64,000 nucleotides of DNA, from assembly GCA_030704615.1 (NCBI GenBank), contig CM060734.1, positions 42,656,001 through 42,720,000 of the forward strand, written 5' to 3'. Below are positions 1 through 13,258 of the stretch, in pieces (position 1 is the stretch's first letter; every line of letters starts with the position of its first letter). The position numbers and the translations under genes were made by a program. Source of the stretch: Takakia lepidozioides (lineage: Eukaryota > Plantae > Bryophyta). The notes under the pieces are model-generated. The model was not told the DNA's origin. It was given only the letters and a program-made list of their open reading frames with translations, and did no database searches.

Positions 1-700
1 ACTGTAGAGAACAAGTAGCAATAAGACCAAGTCGAAGAGCACAATATTCATGCTTGAACTTGGTAAGAGATTTAGTAAATATATCTGCAACATTCTCATC
101 AGTGTTGCAGTATTCCAGCTTCACCATAGTCAATCCTCTCATACCACGCACATGAAGCTTGTTTATGACCATATAGACTTCAAAGGAGGCAATCGACTTA
201 GTATTCATGGCTTGCCTTTACAAAGCCTTCAAGTTGACGCATGTAGATCTCCTCTTTGAGGTGGCCATGTAAGAATGTCGTTTTGACATCCATTTGGTCA
301 ACCTCCCAATTGTTAATTGCTCCAGTACTGCCAAAAGAACACAAATGGATGTGATCTTGACCACATGAGAAAAAATATCAGTGTAGTCAAGACCTGCAAC
401 TTGCGAGTACCCTTTGGCGACAAGTCGAGCTTTATAGCTCTAAACCGTCCCATCAAGATTCAACTTGAGTTTAAAAATCCACTTGCAGGCATCGGCTTAC
501 GGCCCGCTGGGAGATCAGCTAACGCCTACGTATTGTAACTCTTCATTAAGGACTGAAACTCAGAGCAATGGTAGCTTGCCAATGTTGAGCATCAAGCCTT
601 GTCGGAGCTTCATGGTAAGACGAGGGTTTTGTCATAAGACTAGACTTAGATGGACGCTCGTGAAAATGAAGATTTTTGGGATTATATTTTGACTCGACGA
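1..700 (-). pseudogene. Ty1/copia reverse transcriptase remnant
   Basis: Minus strand reads NWEVDQMDVKTTFLHGHLKEEIYM near 240-310, followed by an SLYG-KQA-like motif. Broken by stops and frameshifts. Confidence 0.8.
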
Positions 701-825
701 CCACACCTGGTAAGTTGTGGTTGGGTACCAAATGTGAAACCAGAGAGTGCAAGAAAGAGAGACCAGTGATAGACGGAAGTTCATTTGGGATAAAGGGGCT
801 GAAGCTCAGCAATAGGTAGTGTGTC

Positions 826-1518
826 ATCAACTATCAAACCTGGAAGATTAGATTAATATCATACATTTTAAAAAAGAACTTAAACTGTGGGATTTAGTCA
901 TAGGTACTGAAATCAAACCTAGCACAAGTACCTCACCCGGTGGAACAATAACAAATCCATTGGGGAGTACTAGTGTAGGTTCCATAGACGTAAACCGAGA
1001 AGATAGAGATAGGACAACACAATTGTTAATAATATATAGTGTTAAAAATACTTGTCTCGATCATGCGATCTCTGCACTCATAGCAAGTGGGAATTGGGTA
1101 GCATTATAAAGAGTTTATCAAACAAATGACTTGATGAATAACTGTCATCTTAGAAAACAATATGTAAATTACAGTTTGAGATAAGGGAGTGATATTAAAA
1201 TTCATATTCATGAATTTAGACTTCTTTTAGAACAACGAGGGTCGATGGGGGTCATATATTCAGATGAAGACAACGTAGAAACGCTCTTAAGTAGTCTTCT
1301 AGAGTCATATGAGCCCATGATTATGACCTTGAGTAATCAACTTGGTTTAACCCTTCAGGATGTTGCAGCCAAATTATTGACTGGCGACATTCGCAGAAGG
1401 AAGAATGGTGACTTATTTGCAACAGATGGAGTCATAACATTCTGGGCTGGCAGGAAGCCAAACCAGAAAAGGCAGATAAGTGGATCTCAAGTAATCTGAT
1501 CACCTAGTTATCTTGTCA
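826..1518 (+). pseudogene. Copia gag remnant, inverted paralog of 2385-3070
   Basis: NYQTWKIRL...IGTEIKPSTSTSPGG...LLSSLLESYEPMIMTLSNQL. Highly similar to the minus-strand copy at 2385-3125. Confidence 0.8.
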
Positions 1519-1606
1519 TTTTTCAATAGTTATGCATAACCGGCCCCCCTAAAACTTGTTTACTCGGATTGTGTTTATCTTGCACCCGGTGCATTCGGTT
1601 AGCGGA

Positions 1607-2275
1607 GGGTGAATGCAGGAATGACTAGACCAAAATGGACGTTACCGGCACAGTTTAAGATGACTACAATTGATGATGTCATCAATTGCAGTCATCATTT
1701 TTTTTTAAAATTAACTCATTAAAACCAGCAAATATATATGTAATTGGATTCTTAGCTTCAATGCACACCCATAACAACCCTCCAATCATAAATCCGATAA
1801 GAAATGACAAAGTTATGGACTTTTGAAGACCATACAGTGGACTTGTTTCCGCCGTGAATGGAATTACAATGGACTAAAGAAGTCCTATGTGCCATTGGTC
1901 AATTCCATTGAAATTTGGACATAAGGTGACCATTTTGGTCCACATCATAGATATGAATTTGAAGTGGCAAAATCCCTCTGCATTTGACTCCTATGGACTA
2001 ATATATCCAAAAAGGTGGTTTATTTTGCCAAGTCCATGGTGTACTCTGATTTTGAATTTGAGGTGTCATATTTTACTACAAAGGATAAATATAATCTACA
2101 ATGGCTTGGTTGTATATAGACAAATTGATGTAAATTCTAATTTTTGATATATCAAATTTAATTCAAATTAAAGACTAAAATTTATAGTAAAATTTATCTT
2201 TGATGTTTGGGATAAGACCCTTTATATGGAATGCAATATCTGCCATTTTTGGTCTGGTCATTCCTACATTCACCC
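1607..2275. mobile_element. 669-bp MITE with about 32-bp TIRs and 4-bp TSD (possibly Sola-type)
   Basis: Left end GGGTGAATGCAGGAATGACTAGACCAAAATGG; right end reverse complement GGGTGAATGTAGGAATGACCAGACCAAAAATGG. CGGA flanks both ends (1603-1606, 2276-2279). AT-rich non-coding interior. Confidence 0.8.
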
Positions 2276-2384
2276 CGGAGTGCCCTCAAACTATATGGTA
2301 GGAGGAGGAAATGCCTTGCTATTATTGTATAGTTTGAGGGTTGATTGAGTATTGGTGTGTTAATACCACTCCACTGACCTTAGT

Positions 2385-3467
2385 TGACAAGATAACTATG
2401 TGATCTACCTTGAGATCCAGTTATCTGCCTCTTATGGTTTGTCAGTTTCCTGCAAGCCCAGAATGTTGTGACTCCATCTCAGATAAGTCACCATTCTTCC
2501 TTCTGCGAATGTCGTCAGTCAATAATTTGGCTACAACATCCTGAAGGATTAAATCGAGTTGATTACTCAAGGTCATAGTCATGGGCTCATATGACTCTAG
2601 AAGACTACTTAAGAGCATCTCTACGTTGGACATCTTCATTTGAATATGTGACCCCCACTGACCCTAGTTGTTTTAAAAGAAGTCTAAATTCATGAATGTG
2701 AATTTTAATATCACTCCCTTCTCTCAAACTGCAATTTACATACTATTTTCTAAGATGACATTTATTCATCATGGATTCATGTCATTTGTTTGATAAACTC
2801 TTGGTAATGCTACCGTATTCCCACTTGTTGTGAGTGCATAGGTCACATGACCGAGACAAGTATTTTTAACACTATCTATTATTAACAATTGTGCTGTCCT
2901 ATCTCTATCTTCCCAGTTTACTATGGAACTTGCATTAGTCTTTGGTGGAGTTGTTACTGTTCCACCGGGTGAGGTACTTGTGCTAGGTTTGATTTCAGTA
3001 CCTATGACTAAATCGCACAATTTTTCTTTTTTGAAAAGGTATGACAATCTAATCTTCCAGTTTTGATAGTTAGAACCATCTAATTTGTCTATGGTTCTAA
3101 CTTGATTAGACGAGGAGGATGCCATTGTTGCACTTGTTTAGGATCTACTCATCCTATAGAATTTAAGGATTCTATGTTTTCTGAAGGCATATATTTTCTA
3201 TGGTGCAGGAAACTCATAGAATTGTAAACTCAATTTTAAACAAGTAGTCTCGTCCCATCTAATCACTCTATATTAACCATCATAGAGGCCTGATACCATG
3301 TAAGAATCTAATCAGTATGTAAGCATACAAGAGAGAGAGAGAGAGTTGAGATAGAATAGAAGCGTTGTATTAAAGTCTTTATGTACCTTTACATTTCTTC
3401 AGAAGTGTCTCTAGTCTATGAGATATGAAATGTTACTTTAACTTACTAGTCTACAAACCTTTTAACA
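2385..3467 (-). mobile_element. 5' part of a copia element (LTR, PBS, gag)
   Basis: gag starts MASSSSNQVRTIDKLDGSNYQNWKIRL at 3125. tRNA-iMet PBS TGGTATCAGGCC on the minus strand at 3287-3298, adjoining an LTR edge at 3299. The outer LTR edge (about 3467) is a guess. Confidence 0.75.
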
Positions 3468-4884
3468 AACTTGAAAGCTTTCCTGTAACCTTTCTATCCA
3501 TGACATTAGCATAACATGAGAGCTTGTAATATGGTCAGTTGCAGGTCCTTCAGCAGGAGTTTGTGTCAGAGGAAAGTGATCTTCGTTCCTAAAGAAGGCC
3601 CACGGGTCAGAGGGAACTAGTACGAGAAGAGGGTGAAGGAAAACTTTCCCTCTTGCAACACTTCCCATTCAAAGTTTCTATGATGTTCATAGGTCGGTGT
3701 GAGCTATCCACTTCTTGACTCGTGATCGATCGTCGGCATTGACGTGATTGACGGTCTTAGATCATTTTCTTACTCTTTGGATTCCTATCCGGCTTATACC
3801 TAGCCTCCATCTAGCTTTCTTAAGTCCACAACCTTTCGAGGGCTGGAGCGAGAGTCCCGCTGAATAAGTCGACATTATTCAAAGATGAAGTGGAAGTGTC
3901 TGTCCTATCAAAAATGTTGAAATGATAGCCGTGGACTGTAACGCCGCAGGGGTGGAGTTTGGTGAGGCGTCAGCCCCCCTCACTGTGCGGGAGCTAAATA
4001 ATTACGACATGTCTGACATGTATCAACACTTTGCCCAACCAATCCCCCTCAATCAGCTTCCTACATCTCTGTGTCTCAAGTGTGAAGGTGATGATCACAT
4101 GTCATGTGCAATAGTAGCTTAGCACTTTTTGAGTGCAGATGTGAACACAATTTCGAGTTTCTGACTGACATCGATTCTCTTTCAAATATGCAGATCACTC
4201 ATCTCAAGTGTGGCGGCTATGTAGTTGGTCATGTCTATTTCCATGGAAGCGGAGACGGAATAATACTGTGGCAGTTTATCAAGTCATCCCAATTTTAGCT
4301 CGTGAGCGAAACAATCAAATTGGCATCAGAGTCAGACAACTCAGATTGAACAGAAGGTCCCCTTTCAAAGACTTTTATGAAGAGATTACCGAACGTTGTC
4401 GGGCAATTTTATTTCAATGAAGGATTCTAGTACCCTGGACTTAGATGGAACAAGTTTGCACATTTGTTTTGATCTACTGATGCAAAAGAAGCTTAAAAAG
4501 AAAAAACATTGGAAGATTCACCAGAAGGGCCTATGTTCAGTGCTTATGTAATGGTGAGTGCACTGCATGTCTGGAGGGCCATTCTTTGACCATGATTATC
4601 GACCTGATGGTCAACAGCTACTTCGACTCGATTCCCTCGTCGAACATCTTGATTTCGGATGGGGCCAACTATGGTACAATAAAAATAATCTTCAAACTGC
4701 CTCACGATGTTGCCAAGAGACTGCAGGACGATCCGGATTTCATCTCTTGTGTATCATCTTTCACCGATGTCACACTTAGATAGCGATACCACAAATTCCA
4801 ACTGCAGGCGCTAGACACAAGGGAATCAACGCATGGGATGCATACGAGCCCTTCCCTATTGGGTTGGAACCCCGCAGCTCAGAG

Positions 4885-5045
4885 TTACACATTTTGAAAC
4901 AAGTATGACATCACCTGTAATTTCACAAAGTTCAGTCACACATTACACCATGATATTATTAATATTTCAATTAATTTTACTGCAAATATATATTAAGTTT
5001 AGTCCGGATTTAAGCCAAAAGTCCAGAATTAATTAAAATAGTGTT
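4885..5045 (+). mobile_element. Isolated right terminus (TIR plus subterminal 160 bp) of a relative of the Sola-like element
   Basis: Direct-repeat match to 53837-53999. Ends ...AAAAGTCCAGAATTAATTAAAATAGTGTT, the reverse complement (1 mismatch) of the left TIR at 12243. Confidence 0.85.
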
Positions 5046-6030
5046 AGACCGTCTTCTGTAGCCATTCTCGTGTGGCGATCAAATCACAATCCTTTCTTGT
5101 TGGCGGTTTCAGGTTTTGATACAGTAGAAATCAGCTCACGCTGGGTGAGAAATGAGAACGTATGGCGGCACTACCATTACACATGTGCAATACGACATGT
5201 TTGGAAATCTGTCAAATCTGTTAGAGATGTGTGAGGTTTGTCCCCTCTGAGCGCCTTCAGTTGCACTTCTGAATTAACATGAAAGGATATTTTGTTATGT
5301 TTTACCGTAGGTTTGGGTTCTGTACTGTTCAACAGACAGAGTTCAGTGTTGGGCACCAGAAGGGTTGACACAATATTCTGGTTCTTGAAAAACTGTTAAT
5401 TCATAACTTGCAGTATTTGCTCCTCTTTTCGGATATTCGCACCATTGTCCAAAGCATAATTGACCCGGGATGATGAACGAGAGTTGCACTCTAGTTTTGG
5501 TCTCTTGAGAACTTTAGAATTGGTTTCGTTAACTGTTCCTGCTATTATATATGGAAACCGTACCCTGTCCTTACACTTAGTCTATCAAGCGATTTTGTTT
5601 TTAAAAATGGGAACGGGCGTGCGTAGTCTTTTGACTGCGTTGATTTATCAACAGCTATCCTTATAGCCATGAAGATGTAGTGTGTGAGACTCTTCAAGTT
5701 GTGGTTATTATGTAGTTTTTTCACTTACACAACATTGTTGCAGACTCTTTGATGGAAGAAAAAGGAGGCAAAAGAGAGGAGGCGCGTGAGCAATTGCTTG
5801 CATACAAATTACAACCCGCACATAGTTCCTAGAAAATTAGTAGGTACTGCGACTACCCTTACAGAAGGCTCCCGTGCTTGAAGTAGGACTTGCCTTTCAA
5901 TGTACAGATTTCAGCCCTAAATCACCTTGGTGACATTCAGTGTTCTACCCACTGAAATTCCACTAAATTATATCTCATGGACTGATGGTTGGTATTTTTC
6001 TCGTCCTCAACGTCTTTGTGATGTTATTGG

Positions 6031-7537
6031 TGTACAAAAACGAGAGATCTATATTTCTACAGTCAATAGAAGACGATATAGAGTATAATAAGAGAGATGG
6101 TATTATTACATTTTGTGTGTCTTTTTATACATGCTAGAAAGTTGTGTTTCTTGACACCACAACCGATTCTATTTTAGTAGTCACACCTGTTCCTTATAAT
6201 TGTAACCTTTCACTCCCTATAGTTGTGACCTTTCACTTGTTGAGTTGTGTCTCTTGAAATGTCATTTCATACATTAGATGAATGTACACTGGATGAATGT
6301 TGAGGTTGACTACTCAACACCCTCCCTCAAGCCGAAACATTCTTTTTTCCCTTGAGCTTTGTCATTCGATCTAAGTTGCTGCTCAAAAATTTAAGGCACT
6401 AATTTATCCAGATTAGTCCTTACTTCTAGGCTCATAGTAGAGTTGAGAAACTCCTACTATTCTTTAGAATAACGTTTCTTCAAAACAACTGAATGTATGG
6501 TGTAGTAGTGACACAATTAGCAGCTTGATTCCTTTCATCCGCCAATCTCTTCCGACACTCTCGAGCCCAATGACCTGGTTTCTTACAGTAATTACAAACC
6601 CCAGATCTTTTAGAATTTCTTGAGTTTGTAAAGAAAGCCATTTTATGATTATTATCGGAGCTAGATGTATCTTCATCAGTGTTTTTCCTCATTAGCTCTT
6701 CTTGTAATAGATGTGTAATTAATATTTGTAGTGTTATATTAGGCATACAACGCAAAGAAACAACAAGTCCTTGATAACTTTTGGGTAGACTGCGCATTAG
6801 TGCCAATATGTTGTCCTCATCAATAACTGTTGATCCAGCACCTGCAAGTTGTTCAAGTAAAGTCTTAAGACTGATAATATGATCAGATATATATTTACCA
6901 TCTTCACTCATTTTCAATGTTGCTAGCCTATCTTTAAAATACATCTTAGTTATGGCATCTTTTGACTCATATAGTCGAGTCAGCTCTGTCCACGCTTCTG
7001 TGGCAGTATTACAATTGCTAATGTGTAATACTTGTGAATTTTTTAAACATGCAGTTAACATATTTAATGCATCTATATTTCTTTGATCCCAATCTTTTTA
7101 CCTGCCTGCTCCCATGGCTGGGAGAGGAGCTCGACTAGATGAGGATGATGAGGCAATTGGAGTTACTGGACGTATCGTCTACAATTCTCCAAACCTTTTC
7201 TTTTTTGAGCAACAGAGATATTCTATGCTTCGAGACATGAAAGTTAGACCCATCAAACTTTTCTATATTTGCACCGAAGGTTGATGTAGACATCTCTTTC
7301 TCTTTCTAAGTACCAAGCTCTAATACCATGTACAAAAACGAGAGATCTACATTTCTACAGTCAATAGAAGACGATATAGAGTATAATAAGTGAGATTGTA
7401 TTATTACATTTTGTGTGTCTTTTTATACATGCTAGAAAGTTGTGTCTCTTGACACCACAACCGATTCTATTTTAGTAGTCATACCTATTCCCTATAGTTG
7501 TAACCTTTCTATAGTTGTGACCTTTCACTGTTGAGTT
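6031..7537 (-). mobile_element. Small gag-only non-autonomous LTR retrotransposon (TR-GAG-like)
   Basis: LTRs at 6031-6319 (TG...CA, PPT adjacent) and 7329-~7537 (truncated). PBS TGGTATTAGAGCT at 7316-7328. The ~1-kb interior holds only gag. Confidence 0.85.
6480..7061 (-). CDS. Copia-type Gag with CCHC zinc knuckle (frameshifted upstream)
   Basis: AWTELTRLYESKDAITKMYFKDRL...LMRSLPKSY...CNYCKKPGHWAREC. Confidence 0.85.
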   Translation of the reverse strand: MLTACLKNSQVLHISNCNTATEAWTELTRLYESKDAITKMYFKDRLATLKMSEDGKYISDHIISLKTLLEQLAGAGSTVIDEDNILALMRSLPKSYQGLVVSLRCMPNITLQILITHLLQEELMRKNTDEDTSSSDNNHKMAFFTNSRNSKRSGVCNYCKKPGHWARECRKRLADERNQAANCVTTTPYIQLF

Positions 7538-7843
7538 ATAGAGAACTAGAGAAGTATAGCAGTCAAGCATACATGAAATAGAATGTGGTATTACGATAGA
7601 AACAACAACAACACCCTTGGGGTGTACACAATGTACTTATATAGGTAACAACTACCTGCTAACGACTATCCGCACAGGATGAGTGCCAAAGCCACATTCG
7701 AAGTTGAATGTCCAGCTCATTTCCAATATGCCACGTGTGCCACATGCACTGACTATTCAATCAAAATCTACAGTGTAATCCGCAGCTTACAACACTCCCA
7801 CTCACTGTAGGTTTGGATAATCAATATATGCTACACCTCCCAC

Positions 7844-9536
7844 TCATTGAGGATTCATAACCAACTGAAGCAGACTACGAAAACGAGCAAACTGATCAGA
7901 CGGAAGTGGCTTGGTTAAAATATCTGCAATCTGCTCTTTGGTGCTGGTATAAATCACAGAGATCTCTCCACGCTGCTGGAAATCTCGGATCATGTGATAC
8001 TGAACATCGATGTGTTTAGTACGCCTCTTGTAATCCGGATGAGTAGTCAAAGAAATTGCTGCCTGGTTGTCACTCAAAAGAACAGTTGGATTACGTTGTG
8101 GATATCCAATATTAGTGAGCAAGCTTCACATCCAAACAATTTCTTTTGCAGTCAAGCAGGCTGCTACATACTCGGATTCAGTAGTAGACCCTGCTGTACA
8201 AATCTGTTTTCTACTGATCCAAGTTACATGTGCCTTGTCCAAGAAAAGAAAGCATCCGCTCCTGGACTTTCGATCTTGTAAATCATTTGCATAATCTGCA
8301 TCAGCGTACGTAGCCAGATAAGATATTTTCTTCCTTCCCTCCGAAATAACACAAAGAGAGCATGGAAGTACCCTACAGGTATCTGAAGATTCTCTTCACT
8401 GCTGTACAGTGGATCTTCTTTGGGTTGTGAGAATATTTTGACACATTACTGACGGCAAATGCAATGTCCGACCTAGAACCCATCATTGTGAACATCAGGC
8501 TACCAACAGCCTCTTGATAAGGAAAAACGTCCTCATCCTCGTGAGATTCGTCACCCACATAAACGTGTAACTGCACATTTGGATCACTTGGGGTCGTCAC
8601 AAGATGGGACTTATCAAACCCAAACTTCTTTAGGATCTGCAGTATGTACCTGATTTGGTCTATATAAATCATTCTGAGTTCACGATTCCTGATTATATGA
8701 AGTCCCACGTAACAGTCGGCTGGTCCTGATGTGACTTCAATAAGCTCCTTCAGGTAATTCACCATACCAGTCAACTGGATCCCATCTTTTGAACAAGCAA
8801 GGCCGTCATCAACGTATATGCAGACAGTCATCCTTGGTGGCATCTTTCGAAAATAAACACAGGGGTCCGCTGTACCGGCGTGCAAGTCATATTTGACCAA
8901 AAATGAATCAAACTTGTGATTCCAAGCACGTGATGCCTGACGTAGGCCATACAAACTCTTATATAGTCTGCAAACCATACTTTCCTGCCCTGGAATTTGG
9001 AAGACCTTTGGTTGTTCCATATAGATTTCCTCAAGCAAAGTGCCATGTAAGAACGTTGTCTTCACGTCGAATTGCAGGATCTCTAGGTCCTCCGCTGTTG
9101 CAATAGACAGGATGGCCCTGATAGAATCGAACTTCACTACAGGTGCATATGTTTCATCAAAATCTATGCCATGCTTTTGTGAGAATCCTTTCGCAACGAG
9201 TCTGGCTTTATAGCGATCTATAGTGCCGTCAGATTTCGTTTTCAACTTGAACACCCATTTGCATTGAATAGATTTACGTCCTTGTGGCAAACTTACTAGT
9301 TTCCACGTCTCCATCTTAATAAGGGAGTCGTACTCCTCTTGCATGGCAGCTTGCCACTCTGTCTTTTGCTCAGACATCATAGCTGCATCATAACATGGTG
9401 GTTCCTCCGGTAAGGACAAGAATTCTGTTCTCCCTGCAAATGTCATCCCAGCAAACGATGGGTAATTGCTAACCCACGCACCAAATGGTTTAGGCGGTCT
9501 CCTCGATCGCGGGGGTAAACATTCACCATGTTGCAC
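7844..9536 (-). pseudogene. Copia RT-RNase H (frameshifted)
   Basis: KWVFKLKTKSDGTIDRYKARLVAKG, QFDVKTTFLHG, IYVDD, RTKHIDVQYH, QIADILTKPL. Confidence 0.93.
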
Positions 9537-9603
9537 TTCTGGATTGTCTTCTTCAGCAGCTTGCGGGTTAGGATTTCACTCTGCTGGCTCATCTTCTTGC
9601 GTA

Positions 9604-11355
9604 TTATCTCCCCTCTCCATCAGCTTCTAGATAAGACTCAGGGTTTGCATGTCCCCCAACAGGTACTGGCACTTGCACAGGATTTCGAGAAACATGGCTG
9701 TCATCAAGATCGTCAAGAAAGATGACTGGACCAAGTTCTGACGTATCTTCTTCCATGTGCTTGGAGTTCCCAGCTTCGTCAAACAGCACATCCCTACTGA
9801 TAAGAATCTTCTGACTTATTGCATCCCAAAGCTTGTACGCTTTGGACTCAGAACTGTAGCCCATCATTATGCAGGGGGTGCTCTTAGAATCAAATTTTTT
9901 TCGTTTCTCCTTGGGTACATGTGCATAAGCCTTGCAGCCGAACTCTTTCAAATGGTTGACATCTGGTTTCCTTCCACACCATGCTTCCAACGGTGTTTTG
10001 TCTGTCAACAATCGTGTTCCAACCCTGTTGAGCACGTATACTGCAGTCATTACAGCTTCTGCCCAAAACTTTAGAGAAATATTCCGAGCATGCAACATAC
10101 AGCGAGCACTCTCCACTATCGTCCTGTTGTCTCGCTCAGCGAGATTTTGCTCTGGCGTGTAGGCAACTGTCATCCCATGCCTAATCCCTTGTTCCGCAAC
10201 ATATTCTTGAAACTTCTGACTGGTGAACTCCCCTCCCCGATCTGATCTGATCTTGAGAATCTTATTACTTGTTTCTCTTAACGATTCACTCACAAGTTTC
10301 TTGAAATATTGCAACACTTCTCTCCGGTGAGGCATGCAGTAAACAACTCTATAATTGCTGTGATCGTCCTTGAAAAGAATGAAATAAAATGATCCTCCCA
10401 CTGATTCAACATTCATTGGACCACAAATATCCATATGATAAAACTCTCCTGGTAGTTTTGCTTTCTCTCTCTCCAGATTCACAGGAAACGGCTGTCTATA
10501 GTTTTTGCCGCGTGCACACCCTACACAAAAAAAGGGTTCACTCTCACTATGACTCACAGTCAAACCAGTAACTAAGTTCTCTCTGAAAATTCTTCGTATC
10601 ATATTTGTGTTGATATGTGCTAATCGGTTATGCCAACGATCCATGCTCTTGTCTGATGTCTTGACTTGAAATTTTGGCACAACAGTAGTCTCCTGAGCTG
10701 TCCTGGCCTGATTTTCTGTCACAAGATTAGCCTCCCGAGTCTCTGGTACAACCACTTTGATGTGCATCTTATATAATTGACCAACCTTGACTCCTTCCAT
10801 CATGACTCTTCCATTTCTATGGCCTTGTCGAAGGTGGACCTCACCATTTTCATAAACTGCAGCCACGTTCTTCTCATCCATTTGACCTACGGAGAGAAGA
10901 TTTCGGCATAATCCTGGAATGTAGAGAGCTCTTTGTATGACTCAATTTTGCCACTTACCATCGACCAAAGAAAATATATCTATGTCACCTACTCCAGCGA
11001 CCCACTCAATCTGATCATTAGCAACACTCACTCCCCAGTATCCCTTTCTGATAGGACGAATCGACCTAAACCAATGACCCTTATCTGTCATGTGTTGCGT
11101 TGCAGCTGAGTCTGAGTACCAATCTTCATTTCTTGATCGCACAAAAGAAGCCTCACTTGTAATTCCCTCAATTCTCCCTTTGTAAAAATCTTCTGAAAAT
11201 AGCTCTTCTGTGATTAGTCCCTCAAGCTTCTCATCTCTTGTTGCGAAACACTCTCCATATACCGTGTCTACTACGGTAAAGGCATCGCTCAGGACATTAG
11301 ACACACTTTCTGTGTCCTCCGATACATTTGCTTGACTCTTCTGCAATTTCTTCAA
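9604..11355 (-). pseudogene. Copia protease, GAG-pre-integrase and integrase
   Basis: WYSDSAATQHMT, WHNRLAH...CVGC, HMDICGP, IRSDRGGEF, TPEQNLAERDNRT, KFDSKS. Confidence 0.93.
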
Positions 11356-13258
11356 GCACTTTTGACACTTACATTCTTTGACCCAATGGCCTTGTTTACC
11401 ACAACAGTTGCAGTTAGTAATCTTTTTCTGTGCAGCTATCCTGTCAGCCCTTTATTTCTTTTGTTCACTTGTAAGATTGTTCCAATTGCTTGTGGTAGCG
11501 TTACTTCCACTCATAGAACACATGGTAAAGAACGCTTTGTCTGCAGTCTCGTCACTGTAAGCACCTCTCATTTTCCGAAGTGTTTCTTTCTTTATCAATC
11601 TTGCCGTGAGGTTATTGAGGGTTCTCTCAGTAGCAGGTACGCTATCGGTAGCATTGAGGCAATGGCTAGACAGTTGAGTGATTTGGGAGAGAAAATGCAA
11701 GATTCTGCTATATTGACAAAGATCATTTGTTCACTACCTCCTAGTTATGAGATTGTTCTTGACGCAAACTAGCCATACTATCTCCCTCTTGCATCTTGTA
11801 GTGATACATCTTTGCTTATAGAACATGCACATTCTCACTAGCATTCTATTCATGAACTGTAATTAATTTTGACCACATCTGAGAAGCGTAATCACAATTC
11901 ATCAGACTCTGCAGGTGCTTCTCATCCACCGCTTGTACAATATACATGGACGCTTTACTATTTTTGTTGTCCCAATCATCTTTGTTGATTGCTGCTCCTC
12001 TTGCTTCTGTACCACTGTCTTCATTCATTAATTCACTGTATCCCAACGTATTTGAAGGATCATTGTAAAAACCTACGGCTTTTTTCCCGTTGTATTTCTA
12101 GGGACCTTATCTGACGGAAAATCATGTCAACAGTTGGCAGGATCTTACGTGATAAGGCCCGTGGGATCTTACGCCCTGTCATATATATATATTTTTCTAA
12201 ATTCATCTTTTTCATTTTAATTCTAGGGATCTCAGCCATCCAAACACTATTTTAACTAATTCTGGACTTTTGTTTGGTCCAGAAATAATACAAGATATAT
12301 GAATAATTATAATCTATAATAGAAATAAAGAGATATATCTATAATTATTTGACTATTTGTGCACTATATAACAACAAATTATGTAATCCTCCACACATTC
12401 TACGCAAAAATACAAGTATGTATTGTGGTCTTAGATGAACATCCACTGCCAAGTTGACGTTCATTAAAAGGAATGGGAGGATGCAATGAATCAAACAATG
12501 ATGAGAGGTCCGATATCCAAAATGACATCCAGAAACAAACATGGAGTAATGACATAACCAAATATGAAACAATGATGACATGTGATTAAGAGGACAACAT
12601 GGAAAAACGAGTATGTCGGGAGCTGATTGATGATATGAAACATTCATATTTTATTTGAGATTATATCATTCAAGGCGATGGACCAACAGAAAAATGAACG
12701 TCAACTGTCCATCCGTTCATGGACTTAATGCCATACAAGCCATTGATTCTGAAGGCATAGAACCGTTACGGCTTATACTAACTCATTAATAATACTGAGC
12801 CTCCTCCCAAACGGCTCGGAGTCAAGGCATGTGTCCGAAGACGCCTCCGGTTACCACAACCACTTGCAACGGTCTCCGCTCCAGAGGACATGGAGATACT
12901 TTTAAGAAGGTGAAACCGACTGACATTGTCATTTGAAATGTTATTGCCAACTATATTTGATGCCCTTGAAGCCTCCCGGCACGCCCGCCATTCTTCCCAA
13001 TCACGCAGCTCTTGTTCCTCTTTTAGAATTCGTTCCTTGAATGTAACTGGGGAGAGACGATGGAAATGATAAATGTTAGGCCCAAAGTGGAAGTTTTGCA
13101 TATGGATATGTTGAGGTAAGAGTGCATATGCAGCTGCAAAAGAATTGGAAAATCAAATTATGAACAAAGAAGATAAGAGTGGGATTCACGTGTCTATCAA
13201 GGTAATCAGGTTCCTTTTGTTGTGGGATCCAAATACGAGGATCAAGATATCTTCCATA

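Larger units (their letters stand above)
7529..12050 (-). mobile_element. Ty1/copia element, 5'-truncated, with 3' LTR at 7529-7794
   Basis: Domain order is gag (11846-12046), protease (WYSDSAATQHMT), integrase, RT, RNase H, then PPT and a TG...CA LTR. Confidence 0.92.
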
